NCBI RefSeq assembly: GCF_026571515.1
Contig: NW_026855127.1
Coordinates: 124,001-188,000 of the forward strand
DNA length: 64,000 nt
From: Ruditapes philippinarum
Taxonomy: Eukaryota
Direction of reading: 5' to 3'
In this document: positions 1 to 13,700 of the stretch, piece after piece
Position numbering within the stretch: the stretch's first letter is position 1
How the letters are laid out: each line of letters begins with the position of its first letter
Position numbers and translations under genes: made by a program
Notes under the pieces: generated by a model
What the model was told of the DNA's origin: nothing
What the model saw: the letters and a program-made list of their open reading frames with translations, nothing else
Database searches by the model: none

Positions 1-3000
1 ATAGAGCCACATACGAAGGCATGAAAATTCGAGGCCCTTATGGGCTATACAATTTACAGATGAACTTTTGTTTCAAGACGGCTGATCATAATTTGACCAA
101 AACTGAGAACTTTCCTGATTGGAGCATTGAAGTGTTTGGTTCAGATGAAAGCTGTCCATCGGGTGCGTGTGTATCAAATAATATTGAGTATTTTGAGTTT
201 TGAATGTTAGATATCACTTTAATGAAGCGTGTCTCCAGATAGATGGTAATTTTTTTATGAAAAAAATTTGAAAATGTATTGAAAAGCAAAATATTGTGAA
301 TTGAACAAAGAAGTCACATTGAAATTCACACATTGCAAATGACATTTACAATCCACGTAAATCAAGAAAAAAAAAAGTCGTGAACATATACAAAATATCC
401 CTTTCTGCGTAAAATACACAATAGGAATATGGTGATAAATACAGCAACATCGGTCATTATACGCAGGTTGCATTTCTAAAGATATTTTGCTTATCTTGAG
501 GCATGCAGCGTTAAAGTGGTCTTAACTATATTAGCGCATCTTTTTTTAAGGTTAGAGGTAAATTTATACACAAGTTTGAAAATTCTTAAAAAAAACATAT
601 GGGCTTGTGGTTGTACCACTTAGCACAACTGGAGCAAAATTTATTCAGGAAGTATTATATCCCTTTCAATCATTTTCAGGGTTTGAGAAAGATTACTTCT
701 TAGCGTATTTCCCGCCTATATTGACCTGGAATGCAGATGGGTATACGCCATCGTTTGAAGTGCGACAGGGTCCGGATCATCGCAAGAATCATACAGGTTT
801 GTCTTTAAATTAATGCTTTAAAGCAACACGCAACCATAGTCATGCTGTTCTGTTGAAAAAAGCTTAATATATAGTAAACGGTTTCTTTTTGCTACGACAG
901 TTTTTGATGAATTAACGCGTTAAAAAAGGAAAAAAGGGTACTAAATTGTCAGATTATTTAATAGATTAAAAAAAATAATGTGTTTTGTTTCTCTCTCTTT
1001 GCTATTTTTATTCATTTGCTTAATTTTTAATTGAATCCGAAATTTTGTAATTTTGCCATGGTTAGCACAGAAAAATGTCCTCCTTCTTCACGATAACGCC
1101 CCCTTCCATACCGCCGCAGCTACAATGGAGGTTATCAACTCTTACAAATGGCAATTGTTGTCTCACCCTCCTTATAGCCCAGACCTCACCCCCTGTGACT
1201 TTTATTTGTTTCCAGAACGGCAAAAATTGCTTGCTGGAAAGAAATATAAGACAGTACCTAAAACATATGTCTACGTCATGGTTCACAGCGGGAATACAAA
1301 AGCTCCCACGAAGGTGGCAAAAGTGCGTAGACGTAGGTGGAGAATATTTTGAAAAACAGTAGAAAGATTTTTTTTATTATGTTGAATGGTTTTCGAGAAC
1401 GAGTCAAAAGTCCGGATATTTTCTGACATCCCCTCGTATATCAATTTCCGTTAAAATATATATTAAATATTTACATAGGCTTTTAGTGCATGTCGAAATA
1501 GATGTTATCGTTTTAAAATAGTCTTTGGTTTCCATTGATGTAGTAAGTGGATTCCATTGATGTAGTAAGTGGATTCCATTGATTGATGTAGTAAGTGGAT
1601 TCCATTGATGTAGTAAGTGGATTCCATTGATGTAGAAAGTGGATTCCATTGATGTAGTAAGTGGATTTGATTAATCAGTTATCGTTGGGGAAATTATACA
1701 GAAACAAGATGACTGATTGCCAATTTTTTTCTTTTATGTGTTTGATTTTCAACGAGCTTGTGGTAGTTCTTTGTTATTTCATTTTTAGATACCATAATAA
1801 CAAATTCATCTAAAATGCAACAGAAGCGTTATAGAATCATTTTTCATTTTAGATTATTATTTTACATTAAAATGTGTGAAAAGTTTAACAATTTCAATTA
1901 AAGATGGCAGGGCATTTTTTCATCTGAAAATCCATTTAACATGAAGCGGCATCGCATTGCAATCTTTTTCAGAAACTGCTTAAGAATTTCAATAAAAATA
2001 TGAGGGTTTTGCAATTTCAGCTCGTGGAATGAACTTACAATTGACATCTTACATAAGTTATCATTTCTATAGAAACATTTGTTTGATTTGAAATTAAGTG
2101 AAAGAGATAAACAGAGACTCTAACAGGACGCCGCAGATTTCTAAAAATATCGCGAAAAACGTGCTATAATTTGAAGGCACGGATAAATTTTAAAAATCTT
2201 TTCTTCTTTGCATAAAGGACTTAAATCCTTACGACACGGAAGTTAAAAGACACTGGCACCAATTGAATTTATTATCTAGGACGAAATTTGCAGACATACC
2301 GGTGTCACATTTATTTTGAATAAGGGTTCAAAATACAAAAACTTTTGTGATTTCAACTATAAAGTATATGAATTGTATTTAATAATATATGGAAAAAAAT
2401 GCAAAGTCATTAGACATGTATTACACAATCTTTACTTTTATCTCCAAATATTGATTGAAGTTATTTTCATTGAATTTAAGAACTCTTTTTATGTTAAATA
2501 AAATAGGAGTTTATTGAATACAGTCATAAAAGTATGTGAAGATCATGATACAGTTAAACTCTTAAGGCCATAGTATTTTCACGCTGGTGGCTTGATCTTG
2601 ATCTTTGACAGTGCGATCAATTTATGCAATGTGCAAAAACACGATACCATTACGCGAAACTACGATTCGACTGCGCAAAAAATACGCTGCACGATAGGAC
2701 AATATAATAGTGCTTTTAATAGCGCGTTTTCACGCTGTCCTATCATAATGGTGGGTCCTATTGCCTATAATCATAGTGCAACAAATATTATAAATGATAT
2801 TGTATCGCTTTTACATGTAAACACTGCCCACAAAATACAACTAAGCATAGCAAGGTCGCTATACCAGCCGTCGCCTAGGTTTATTCGCTGATTACTTATT
2901 GTATAAGTACATGTTATAAAATGTTGTTTTTATTTACGTACTTTGTGAAAAAAAAAAACAGTAAGGAAAACTCACGACAAGAAAAATAGATTAACAGCAA

Positions 3001-4770
3001 CAAACACAACAAAAAGTTATGGCTTCATCTTTTTAACTCATTGAAAAAAAACCGCAACAAAAGCATTTATCTATTAAAAAGATAAAAAAAACAACAACAT
3101 TCCATGTATTTAATTTATGATTCCATTTTCACATAAAAATGACTTTAATTTGACGTGTAGGTCATTATTATTTGTTTAAACTAAGTAATTACAATCTTCC
3201 TCATTAATTGTTTCAGAATAAGTGGCTCATTAATTTTAATTATATTAATATAAATAGATCAAATGGAATAACTATAAAAATGTATTTTATTTCTATTTTT
3301 CTGAAAGTCTTAAATTGTTATAATGTCTTTTTAGTTCATAAAACTTTTCTCCTATAAATAACAATTATTTATACACTGAGTCTGATTTAATAAATGGTTT
3401 TATGTAGACTATTGGAAGATAACAATGCCCATTTGTCCCTGAAATAATGCACGGGAAAGGTTCAACAAGAAGAAATTTATAAATACTCGAATTTACATAA
3501 AACGTTTAATGTAATAAAACTGAAGCATCATGCAAATTAATGAAGTCCTAATTGTTTTCTTTTTTATATGTGTCAACCATATTTCTTCCAAAATATAATA
3601 TGGGCAAATATTTATCAATAATTTTTAAAAATTGTTATATTTACAAAAGATGAAAACAGGGTGTAATCAGGGGAGTAAACTCTAACAGTTGTATACCATG
3701 TTCCTTTGCGCTAAATCAACATATACGGTGGCATATAAATTCGCTATGGACTTTTAAGTATCAGCCATAATTGTGTGGTAAATAACTACAAAATATGTTC
3801 ATATAAATACATCTAAATTAAAATATAGAATTGAGAAATCTTGCAAATTAAAATTGAATGATACAATTTCATTTTACATATTATTACATCTTGTATGACG
3901 TAATGATTTAGTCTATCTGTATAAAACATATAATTATATCTTCATTTCAGAGATATCTTTCACCCTGTGTAAACGTATCCAGGAGGACAGTGATGCTGAA
4001 ATGAACGTTGACGTATCGTATATTTTCATACAGGTTTGCAAGTCAACATTCTATTCATGTAACATCTTGTTCAATATTAAGCATGAACAGAAAACAGGAC
4101 TTTTATTAGAAGGGAGGGGGCGTAATAACTGTCGGGGATGCCGGGAGCGGTAAGGAAATAGTTCCTTTTCTGTCAGTCTGTTGGGCAGGGGCGAGGCAAA
4201 GCCTTCCTCCTCTCTCACAAACATATGAAAAGTCCATATTTTATTGTAAGTATTTTATTATGAAAAAACTATTATTTTTTGACATTTTTCGAAAATGTAT
4301 ATAAAAGTAGAATATTGTGTATTGAACAAAGAATTAATTTACACACTAAAAAGACATTAACATTCAACATATCGAATTTAGCCCGGAAGCCCTTGGCCAG
4401 TGAATATTTGTTTGGGCAATGAAAATTAGTTTGGGGCCTGCGTAAATTTTAAGAAAATTTAGTTAAATATATAGTAAAATTCTTAACTCTTAAAATCAAT
4501 GACTGCGTATTTTACAAATATGGTAAAAAATATGCAAATATAGCTTGACTGCTTGTGTATTATTGAAACAAGATTATCAGATCACGGAACTGTAAATATT
4601 GATAATTTTCGTCCATATTTTTCAGAATCCAGAATCAAAGCGGGAATGTGGTATTACTGATTCGAATATTCGAAATATTAACTACCCAATCAAATTGTCT
4701 GGGTATTTTTCAAATCACAGCGAACTTGTGTCTCTAGAATTCTGCTACTTTGATCCGTTCAATAAATTCG
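1..4770 (+). CDS. Exons 1-4 of the receptor: divergent apextrin C-terminal (ApeC)-like domain
   Basis: Joined peptide ...LQMNFCFKT...[21 protein letters not shown]...[12 protein letters not shown]...[16 protein letters not shown]...VSLEFCYF follows the ApeC motif order FCxK / WPxGxYCI..CPxGF / TxIxYCCR / PFxL..CQxV / LxYCYY. Splice phases 1-1-0-1 are consistent. Confidence 0.6.
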
Positions 4771-7700
4771 GTGAGTAGTTTTTTATATGCTAGACTGATT
4801 TTTTGATAACGTAGAGAAGCAATTTTATCTTGACTTATATCAATGTTAAAAACCTACTGGTATGACAATAAACAATGTAGCAAACTTTTTTTTAAATGCA
4901 TTACTTAGGAACTTTTGGTGCAAACTGAGATCAAATGAAGGGCATTGATGAAGTTGCAATCTTGATCACAATAATTAAATCATGTAACTCTTAGATCTAA
5001 GTGGACTTTGATTTTAAAATGTGGGATATAATTCGTGCGATTTTACTATGTTGGTAAGAAAGAAAATGAGGAAAGGTAAAAGCGTTCCTAAGAAACATTT
5101 TACTTTTTCTAAAGTATAAGTACATTTTCCTCAGGTTTGATTTTATTGAAATATATTTGCATATCTGAAGGCATGATTAACTATTTTTGTTTCGTAAAAC
5201 TTTTTGATTTCAGAGAACACACGGATTGAAAATGAAGGTGAGATCTTTAAAATCTTACAAATTGAAAAGAAACAATTACTATTGAATTATGTTTGATATA
5301 TTATAGATGTAAACTTCAAGATATACTATGCTCATCTTTGAGTGAAATAAAATGTTTGGGAAGCTCCATTCCTTATTGCAGGTCAAATAGCAAACTTGCA
5401 ACTTTTTTATTAAAACTTTTTTTAATGATACTATACATGTATATTCATATTGTGGCACATAATTGTATATAGAGTTTAAATCAAAATATGTAAACTCTAC
5501 GTGAAATCGTAACATGTCAATTTTATTATTACAAAAAGACAGTGTTACAATAGCGATTTCAATATTTTCAAATATAAAATTTTCGCACGATGTGTCTTTG
5601 AAACATTCAAAATGTACTAACAGCATCAAAATATAACATAACAGAAAAGGGAGTGAGAGATTTGTTGTTGCACAGTCTCTTATTCATTGTTAATGTATTC
5701 CCCGAAATGCCACACGGCAACAACAAAATAAAGAAAAACGGAATCCCTAAAGAACGGCCAAAACTGAGACAAATATTTATATCAAAGTCCAAAGGAATGA
5801 TTTGAACAATTAAAATCCATCTGCTGAAACAATTATAACGTAGATCATAGGAAAGAAATTATTTCTACCCACTCCATGCGTAAAAAACCAACAAACAGAG
5901 GACACTTTTGTTTTTTACTCTTATATTGTTGAAAATGCACTATTTTTACAATTTAATCCTTTCTCAAATATTCATTTTAGCTGAGAAAGTATAATCTTTT
6001 ATCAAAATTTGATCATCATAAATGACTCGTTCTCCTTTGTTCTTTGTCATTCCTTGCTGAAGACTTCTGATTAATTTTCCTTTTCAAATTTCTCCTGGGG
6101 TTTTACAATTCACATATTGGATCATAAGATATTAATTTTCTATAACTAATGTTGGGAAAATGTCAGTAATCTTTGGCAATCTTCAAATCATTTGATCTTT
6201 CCTTTTCATTCATTCGTAAGTTTTCGAATACCTATTTTTAGTAAATTTTTGTCACACTGAAGGGTGTTTCCCACTGTGACGTCGACGTCATTGTTCAGAA
6301 AATATCAAAATGGCGGCTTGTGTACTTATGCTCACAAGCTGGTCATAATATATATCTTTGATTGTTTTCAAATTTGTCCTTAACCCAAACTTTTGAGATT
6401 ACATTCCAGAGACAGACGTTCTTTTTACAACGAATAACATCAAAATAGAAGTTGACTGCATATCCGACCTTTTGACTTACAGAATACCCGGCGGCGGTAA
6501 GTTGTGAAGAATTGATAAAGGTGGGAAGATGTGAAAACATCGTTTGTAAGCTTTAAAAAACACTTGCAGCTAAAAGTAATTCTGTCTCTGGCAATTTTAA
6601 ATCATATATAGCATTGCCAAAGTTAGAAATGGTATTAAATTAGGGGCTGTGATAAGTTGTACAAACACTACTCTTGATGACTGAATAGAGCACATAAAAA
6701 AGTCCCCAAAACAGCATAACTGAAAAATGTTGCACGTTTGGTTTAATTGATCGATTTAAGGAAGGTTGGAGAGTGCAAGCTACCGTCTACGCCCGCTAGC
6801 ACCGGCTTACAAGGAGCTCAACATTTAACACACAATAGCAAACCTCTTGTTAAAATTGGTAACATCCGCAGTTATGTCCATATGGCGTTATAAGCCATGC
6901 ATGTCCAAACACACGTCTTCAATGCAAAACGATAAATGGCTCATTGATGGGCTCATTAGTTCATACAAATTCATTTTTAGTTCGATTGTGTTGGAAGCTA
7001 TTAGCTTATTGAAATACCGGGCTCATTGATGACAGGGAAAATTAAAAACTATGGTCCGCTCAAATTCGTGTTGCTTACTATTGCATACAAGACTGGATTA
7101 TCTATTGTTAACACCGGTGCTAGAAAAGGCTGTCTAACAGCCAAGTGTAAGACAAACCGCTGGCTTTAAAAGACGTTATTCCCCGACGTCATTTTGCCTT
7201 TATGATTAAGGTTGAAAATGCATACGCTTCTATAAGAAAAAAGTGCTCAATGAAAATTATTACTTTTCTTTCCATATTATAATTATTATGTTACACCAAA
7301 GAAAAAGAATCAAACGACGACTTTCGGTAAATACAGGGGTATTTAGTCGACTGGTAACTGTTTAGAGGAAACTCGGCAGAGCCTCGATACCACCATAAAT
7401 CAGTTACCCTCAAGCTAGAAATTCCGGTCTTTACCGGCCGCCTGTATAAGATCCTTATACCTTTTTATTACAGGTGGATTGTCCGTAAGTCGTTGTAACA
7501 TCATGACGTGGATTGTTATTGACGTCGGAATGTCGGTGATGGTGTCTGGAATATATATGCTTCATACAGATTTTCTAACAAGTAAGATATCATTAACTAC
7601 ATAAGTAAAAAAATCAAAGAACCCTTTGCAAGCTGGAAAAAATGTTGTCTGATAAAAATGTTGTTTGCTTTATGACTAGTTTTATCAAGTTCCAGTGTTA

Positions 7701-10700
7701 ACATAGCCTGAATGTCAGCTTGTTTGGAATTTGTCCAAAAGGCAAGTTACCACGCGTCTTATCTGGTACAAAACTGTTTGCAAAGGCATTTATAGTCCCT
7801 CTCAGTTATACAACTTGTACATTTTTTTTACCATTTACACTTGGCTTGAACCTTTACATCCCACTCCTTCCCCCACCTCAACCCAACGGTCAAACAATTA
7901 GACACACTGATACTGTTTCCTATAAATAACTTTATAATTGGCTTTAAACCGTAGTGCAAATACGTCCAAATAAATAAATGAAATATGATAATTTTCATAC
8001 AACAAAATGAAAATAAACCCCGTATTTAAAGACTAAAACAGATTGCATTTTTTTGTTTTTATAAACATTATGTCTTTTTTCACCTAACAGTCAGAAAGAC
8101 TTCTCTTTGAGTTTGTTTATTGGTTCAATTTAGAAGAAAGTAGTCTTGCAAGACACCAGAAAAAATAGGAAAAATATATCAATGCAGTGAAAAATAAATA
8201 TTTACGATGAAAAATAGAGAAAATGAAAATATACTTTTTATTTGAACAATATTTTCTAATATTTCGTTTATTAAGTACATTTGTATATAATAGAAATATA
8301 TATCTTATTTAACATCAGACACATGTTTGCTACTTTATTTTTTTCAATTGATTTCTACTTTTTAGCCGTCAGTGTTACAAATATTTTCATCGAGAGACAC
8401 AGATGGGGGATATTGCATCACGGAGCAGCAATTTGTTATTATGAAATTGAAAACTTTAAAGTCGGATTAAATGAAACCGAGACATCTTTGAAGTGCAATA
8501 GGTGATTTTATAGTTTGATAAAATAATTTTGACCTTAATTATACATAGATAGTATAGTAGTCAATATTAATGTTGCATTGTTTTATTAACTTATTAGTTT
8601 GATTACTATTTTATACATTTGAGACATATTAACATTGTGCAATGTTAAAAAAAGTTATTAGTTGCAAAAAACATCTTATTACAATAAAATTATCTAACGC
8701 GTAACAGTTACTCATTTACAAACAAGTGTATTTTAATGCTTTTCCAAATCAAAATCAAAATTACATTGTACTTAACAATTCCTTTGTTTTAAGAGATACT
8801 CATGTCATCTGTTTCGTGTTTTTGTTTTCGTATCTTTTTAGATTAAACACCTTTTTTCTTAATCAATGTACAACCGTCATTGCACGTCTTGATCAAAAAA
8901 TACAAATACCGATAAAAATGAAATATTCAATCTCCACCAGTAAAGCCAGAACGTCGCAATTAACTTAACTGTGTCGGTGCGACGTAAAACCTAATCAAAC
9001 AAACAAACAAAATGAAATGTTGAATGTTTCCAGGGTATTCGAAGGGAGGTATGTGACTTTGTTATCCCAGTGGAAATACGCGAGTACTTACCCTCAATAT
9101 AAAGAACAGTTGTCCGCAGCTAATATCTATGTGTCAGTCTTGTCTTCGAATAATCCAGGTAAGACATCTATTCACATTTTTTATTATGACATACACTATT
9201 GCATAGATAACGACGACAATGGACATGACGATGGTGGCAACGATGATGAAGACACTGAGGTAATGATATTGAAGAGATGTTGATAATGATGATGTAAAAG
9301 ATGATGATCATTATCACGATGCTAATAATAATAGTAGTATAAATGATGTTAAAAATGATTTTTAAGATGATGATGCTGATGATAATTATTATTATTATGA
9401 CGATATAAAAGATAATGATGGTAAAAATAATAGTAGTAATGATGATTATAATGATATAGAAGATAATGATTGTGATGATGCTTATGTTGTTGATTATTAT
9501 CATGTTGATGATAAAAAAGATTATTATCGTTATGATTATAGTATAAATGATAATTATAATGAAGATGATGTGAATGACGATGACACTGATAATGTTACTG
9601 ACGATGAAAATGATGAGGGTAATGATGATGCTGATGACGATGATCCTGATAACAATGAAAATATAAAAAAATGACAATGATTATTCTGCTAATGCCGCTT
9701 CTTTTATTTCTGCTACTGAGCAAAATGTAAGTGAACAAAGTTGAATTACGTTTATTAGAGATAATTGCAAACACATGTAAGGTGATGTTCACATTTCAGA
9801 TGTTAATGGTATGCTACACATACCATGCTCAATAAAGATGGGAATGGAGGATAGATCAATACAAAAGTTCCAAATAACAGCGTCATCCAGTGAAACAGCT
9901 TTTCCACCATACAATGCAAGGCCAGATTTAAGCGGCTGGTGCGCGTTGTTAACGGACGAAAAGCCATATATCCAGGTTCAGATTTATTTTGATTTGAATT
10001 CCGTCTTTTACCATCAGCAGTAATTGTACTTATTTACATAGTAGTAATTGTGCTTATTCGTTTTCTTCTTCTTCTTATTATTATTATTTTTTATTATTCA
10101 AAACAGATATCAAATGTTTATTTATCTTTTGATTCTTTGCGTGCTGAGGTAAAAGTTCGATCTACTGTACACAGACTCTGGTTTGATACCAAGCTAGATG
10201 TGGTCGGTCTTAGCATATTAAGGATAAAGTTTTACTTACGCATGATTGTATAATGGACTAGAGTTTTATGTGTGTATTCAGTTAGGCCTTACACCGCTAA
10301 ATTGCCAATACTGGTGTTTTGCAATTATACAAAATGACAAACGCATGAAGAAATTAATTAAGTATGTCAAGAGCAAGTTCCGCGTTAGGTTGTGTAAAAT
10401 TTACTGTAATAAACCATTTTGTAACTATTGCATCTCCACTATACAACATTTGTACAAATGTTTGTCTGTGAAATACATAATAATTTTATTATATTATTTA
10501 CTAAATGCAAACGTATACAATGTTGTTATTTGTACAAAGGTTGATTTGCTCGTTACAACTGTAGTTGATGGTATCACGATATTTAACTGGAACGAAACCA
10601 AGGAATCTATAATTAGTAACACATACCAAGCTACAATTGCTCCTGTTGGAAGTCGATCTTTTCAGCTAATGTATGGTTCCTCACTGAATAAATTTGTCCC

Positions 10701-13700
10701 ATATAATAACCGGGTATGTACAAGTATGCTCCCTATGATAGTGTTTTATCAAATGTCTTAGTGTCTTATTGTAGAGCTATCATCACAAACAATCGTTCTT
10801 GGAAGAAAATTTATTACCGCAACGCAAGAAACAACCTAAAATAGTTGCCAGTTCTTCTTGTCGCCCCGTTTTTTAGCAATTTAACCCAAAGATTTACGCG
10901 CTTTATAAAATAATAAACCTACAATTGTTTTGTTTAATGAAGGTTTATATAATGATATGTTTTGTTTAATTCATATATCAAACGAACATCATGAGACCAT
11001 GATTTCTTTCTTTGTCACAGAGTTTCCAGATTGACATGTCTTTAAAGTTCAATACTGAGCATCATTTTGTGCTTTACAAACCATTTGTTGCTAGATACAT
11101 CAGGGTATTTCCGCTCGCAATAGGGACTCTTCCATGTTTAAAGTTTGAACTATACGGCTGCAGGAAACAAGGTGAAGCATTATTTCCTTTATCATTAGTT
11201 TGTTCCCTTGTTGTTATAATTTATCTTATTACTCTTTTCTCATATTGCCGATTTGTGATTTGCTTTTAAGTTGTAAATTTGTTACAGACAAATAATTACG
11301 GTTCACTTCAAACTTGGATATATTTATCGGAATTTATTAAATATGTTCATACAAACATGCAGATTTTATTTATTTCTTTAGGACAACCATCTGTTTATTG
11401 TCGGAATGACACCTCTGCAGAACTTTTCACAGATATCAGCATATCACCGACATTTGGAACTAGATTTGCTGGTTACACTGATACGCAGGCCGAGGAGTGT
11501 TTTAACAAATGTATGAATGAAACAGACAAATGCAGCTTCTTTGAATATTATCGCAATTTTACTTCGTATCGTTATATGTGTAATTTATACTCAACTGATG
11601 AATTTAAACCACTATCTGGCAACGATGAGTTCTACAAGACACAAGCAAAAAGTAGCAGAGAAATTTACTACGAGGAAGCATTCGAATATTCTGCCTATAG
11701 AGGCATATTTATGTGTTGGAGAAGTAAGTTTATTAACTTTTTCTAATTTTAAATTTTTCTTAAGAGCTAGAAAACAATATAATTCAAGATCGAGCATTTC
11801 AGAAAAAAATGTTATTGTTTTTTCCACACAGGACAAAAAAGAAAAGAAAAAAACTAAAAATAAATATGGTCATTGCCTTAACTTTTTTATTTTGATATAA
11901 ACACAACTTCAGTTATAATTATTATATCATTTCAATCTCTAATTATAGTCAATGAACAATTTTCATTTTATTTGGTAATAAAAGTGCTAAAAGTAGATAA
12001 AAGTAAATACTTATTTCAAGTTTTTATGAGTTACTTTGTAAAAAAAGTGCATAGAATAACTGTCTATTTTATGTGGCAATATTCTCTTTTGTAGATACAA
12101 CACAATTCCAAGTACCTAGACTTAACCAGAGATATACTGGTTTGCTATACCTGAATGTGAGCGTTATATTAGGCAAACACCAAAGGAGAGTTATCTTCAA
12201 TCCGGGATACCCATTTTACTACGACGCACCTCAAATTTTCTCATGGGCAATTCATGCAGACAACTACATCAAAATAGCATTTTTAGACGTATCATTAAAA
12301 AGACCTGATGTAAGCCGTGCAATTGCAATAAATTTTTGAAGTCTATCAAGTGTAATATGTTAAATTGTTAAAGTAAAGGTTGCATTCATTATGCTTAAAG
12401 GGTAAAAACGTGCGTTAAATATTCAGTTTAAACACAGCTTGCGTTAAATATGACCTCTAAATACTATGGATAAAATCAATTTTAGAAACAAAGAAGCAAA
12501 AATACTAGATTAACAAGCAATGTTTTACTTAATAATGTCAAGTAACGTTGCTTATTTGACAAACAAGAACGTAACTAAAAATTTTTCCATTTTCAGAACG
12601 ATAATCCATGTTTTATTAACATCGCCACCAACAAAACGTGTTCCAATGACGTCATTCTACTGTTTAAAAAGCAAATAGATTTCGGTTTGCTCAACAACAT
12701 AGAAGATGGCGACTTGAGCATAGATTACAATAGCAATGGGTTTAATCCAATGATTCGTACAGACGTTCGCTCGCTTTATATGTATTTCTGGACATACAGA
12801 CATGAGGGCGAGGGTCGAGGCTTCAGAGCTCTCTTGTTTTCAGAAGGTTGGTGTTTCATTAAATAACTGCAAAATCATTGATTGATAACAAGTTATCTTA
12901 AGTAGGTCTTCCTTTGATTGATTAACTTGAAATCACTTGTCCCTAGCCGCTGTATGTTCAAATCCCGACAGAGACTTTGGATTCTTTCATGTGAGGAAGC
13001 TATCCAGCTAGCTTACGGAACGTCGGTGCCCGCTCGTGCCTTAAATAATGCACGGAGAGGCACCTGAGGTTTCATCCACTAGTAAAGCTGGAACGTCGCG
13101 ATATGACCTATACTGTGTCGATGTGACGTAAAAAACAACAACAACAGCAAATTTGATTGATTAAGTCCAAAGTGATTTTTAGAAGGTTTATATTAAATTT
13201 ACAGGGGACAAAGTTATTTTCAATATTTCATTGAATGAGAAAAAATGATTTTCAGAAGGTTTGTACATCATTTACTGAAGACAAAGTTATTTTCAGAAGG
13301 TTTATATTTAATTGACATTATGATTTGTTATAATTATATTTAATTAATTAAGTCCAAAGTTGTTTCCAGTAGGTCTCTGTTTGATTGAGTGAGAACAACG
13401 TGATTTTCAGAATGTTTACATTTAACTGACTTAGAACAATATGACTTTTATTAGGTTTAAATTTAAATGCCTGACGACTAAGTGATTTTCAAAAGTTCTT
13501 TTTAAATTAATCTAGGATAAAGTTAATTGCAGCAAGTTCATTGATCGAAGAAAAAGTGGTTTTCAGGGAATTTATATTTCATTAATTGAGGACAAAAAAT
13601 ATTCAAAATATTTATATTTCATAACGCATTAATGATGGCAAAGTGGATTTGCTTCTCGTTACTATTCAGTTGATGACTTGGATAGTTTGTCCCATTGTTT

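Noticed and set aside
1531-1666. CRISPR-like short palindromic repeats
   Set aside because: Units are head-to-tail with no unique spacers, there are no cas genes, and the locus is a eukaryotic intron. It is a minisatellite, and ORF 1404-1649 is its translation.
2561-2891. 99-aa ORF / MITE-like block
   Set aside because: No domain or splice support and only weak terminal similarity; likely a degenerate repeat.
4034-4149. Longer version of exon 3 using the strong donor at 4150 (gtaagg)
   Set aside because: It gives phase 2, which runs into a TAG in exon 4626-4770. The donor at 4034 keeps the frame.
6255-7200. GC-richer intronic block with TGACGTC and AAAATGGCGG motifs and a [10 protein letters not shown] peptide
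   Set aside because: Probably a decayed DNA transposon, but there are no convincing TIRs or transposase motif, so it was not annotated.
9168-9677. 169-aa Ile-rich membrane-like ORF
   Set aside because: Antisense translation of the (GAT/AAT)n microsatellite.
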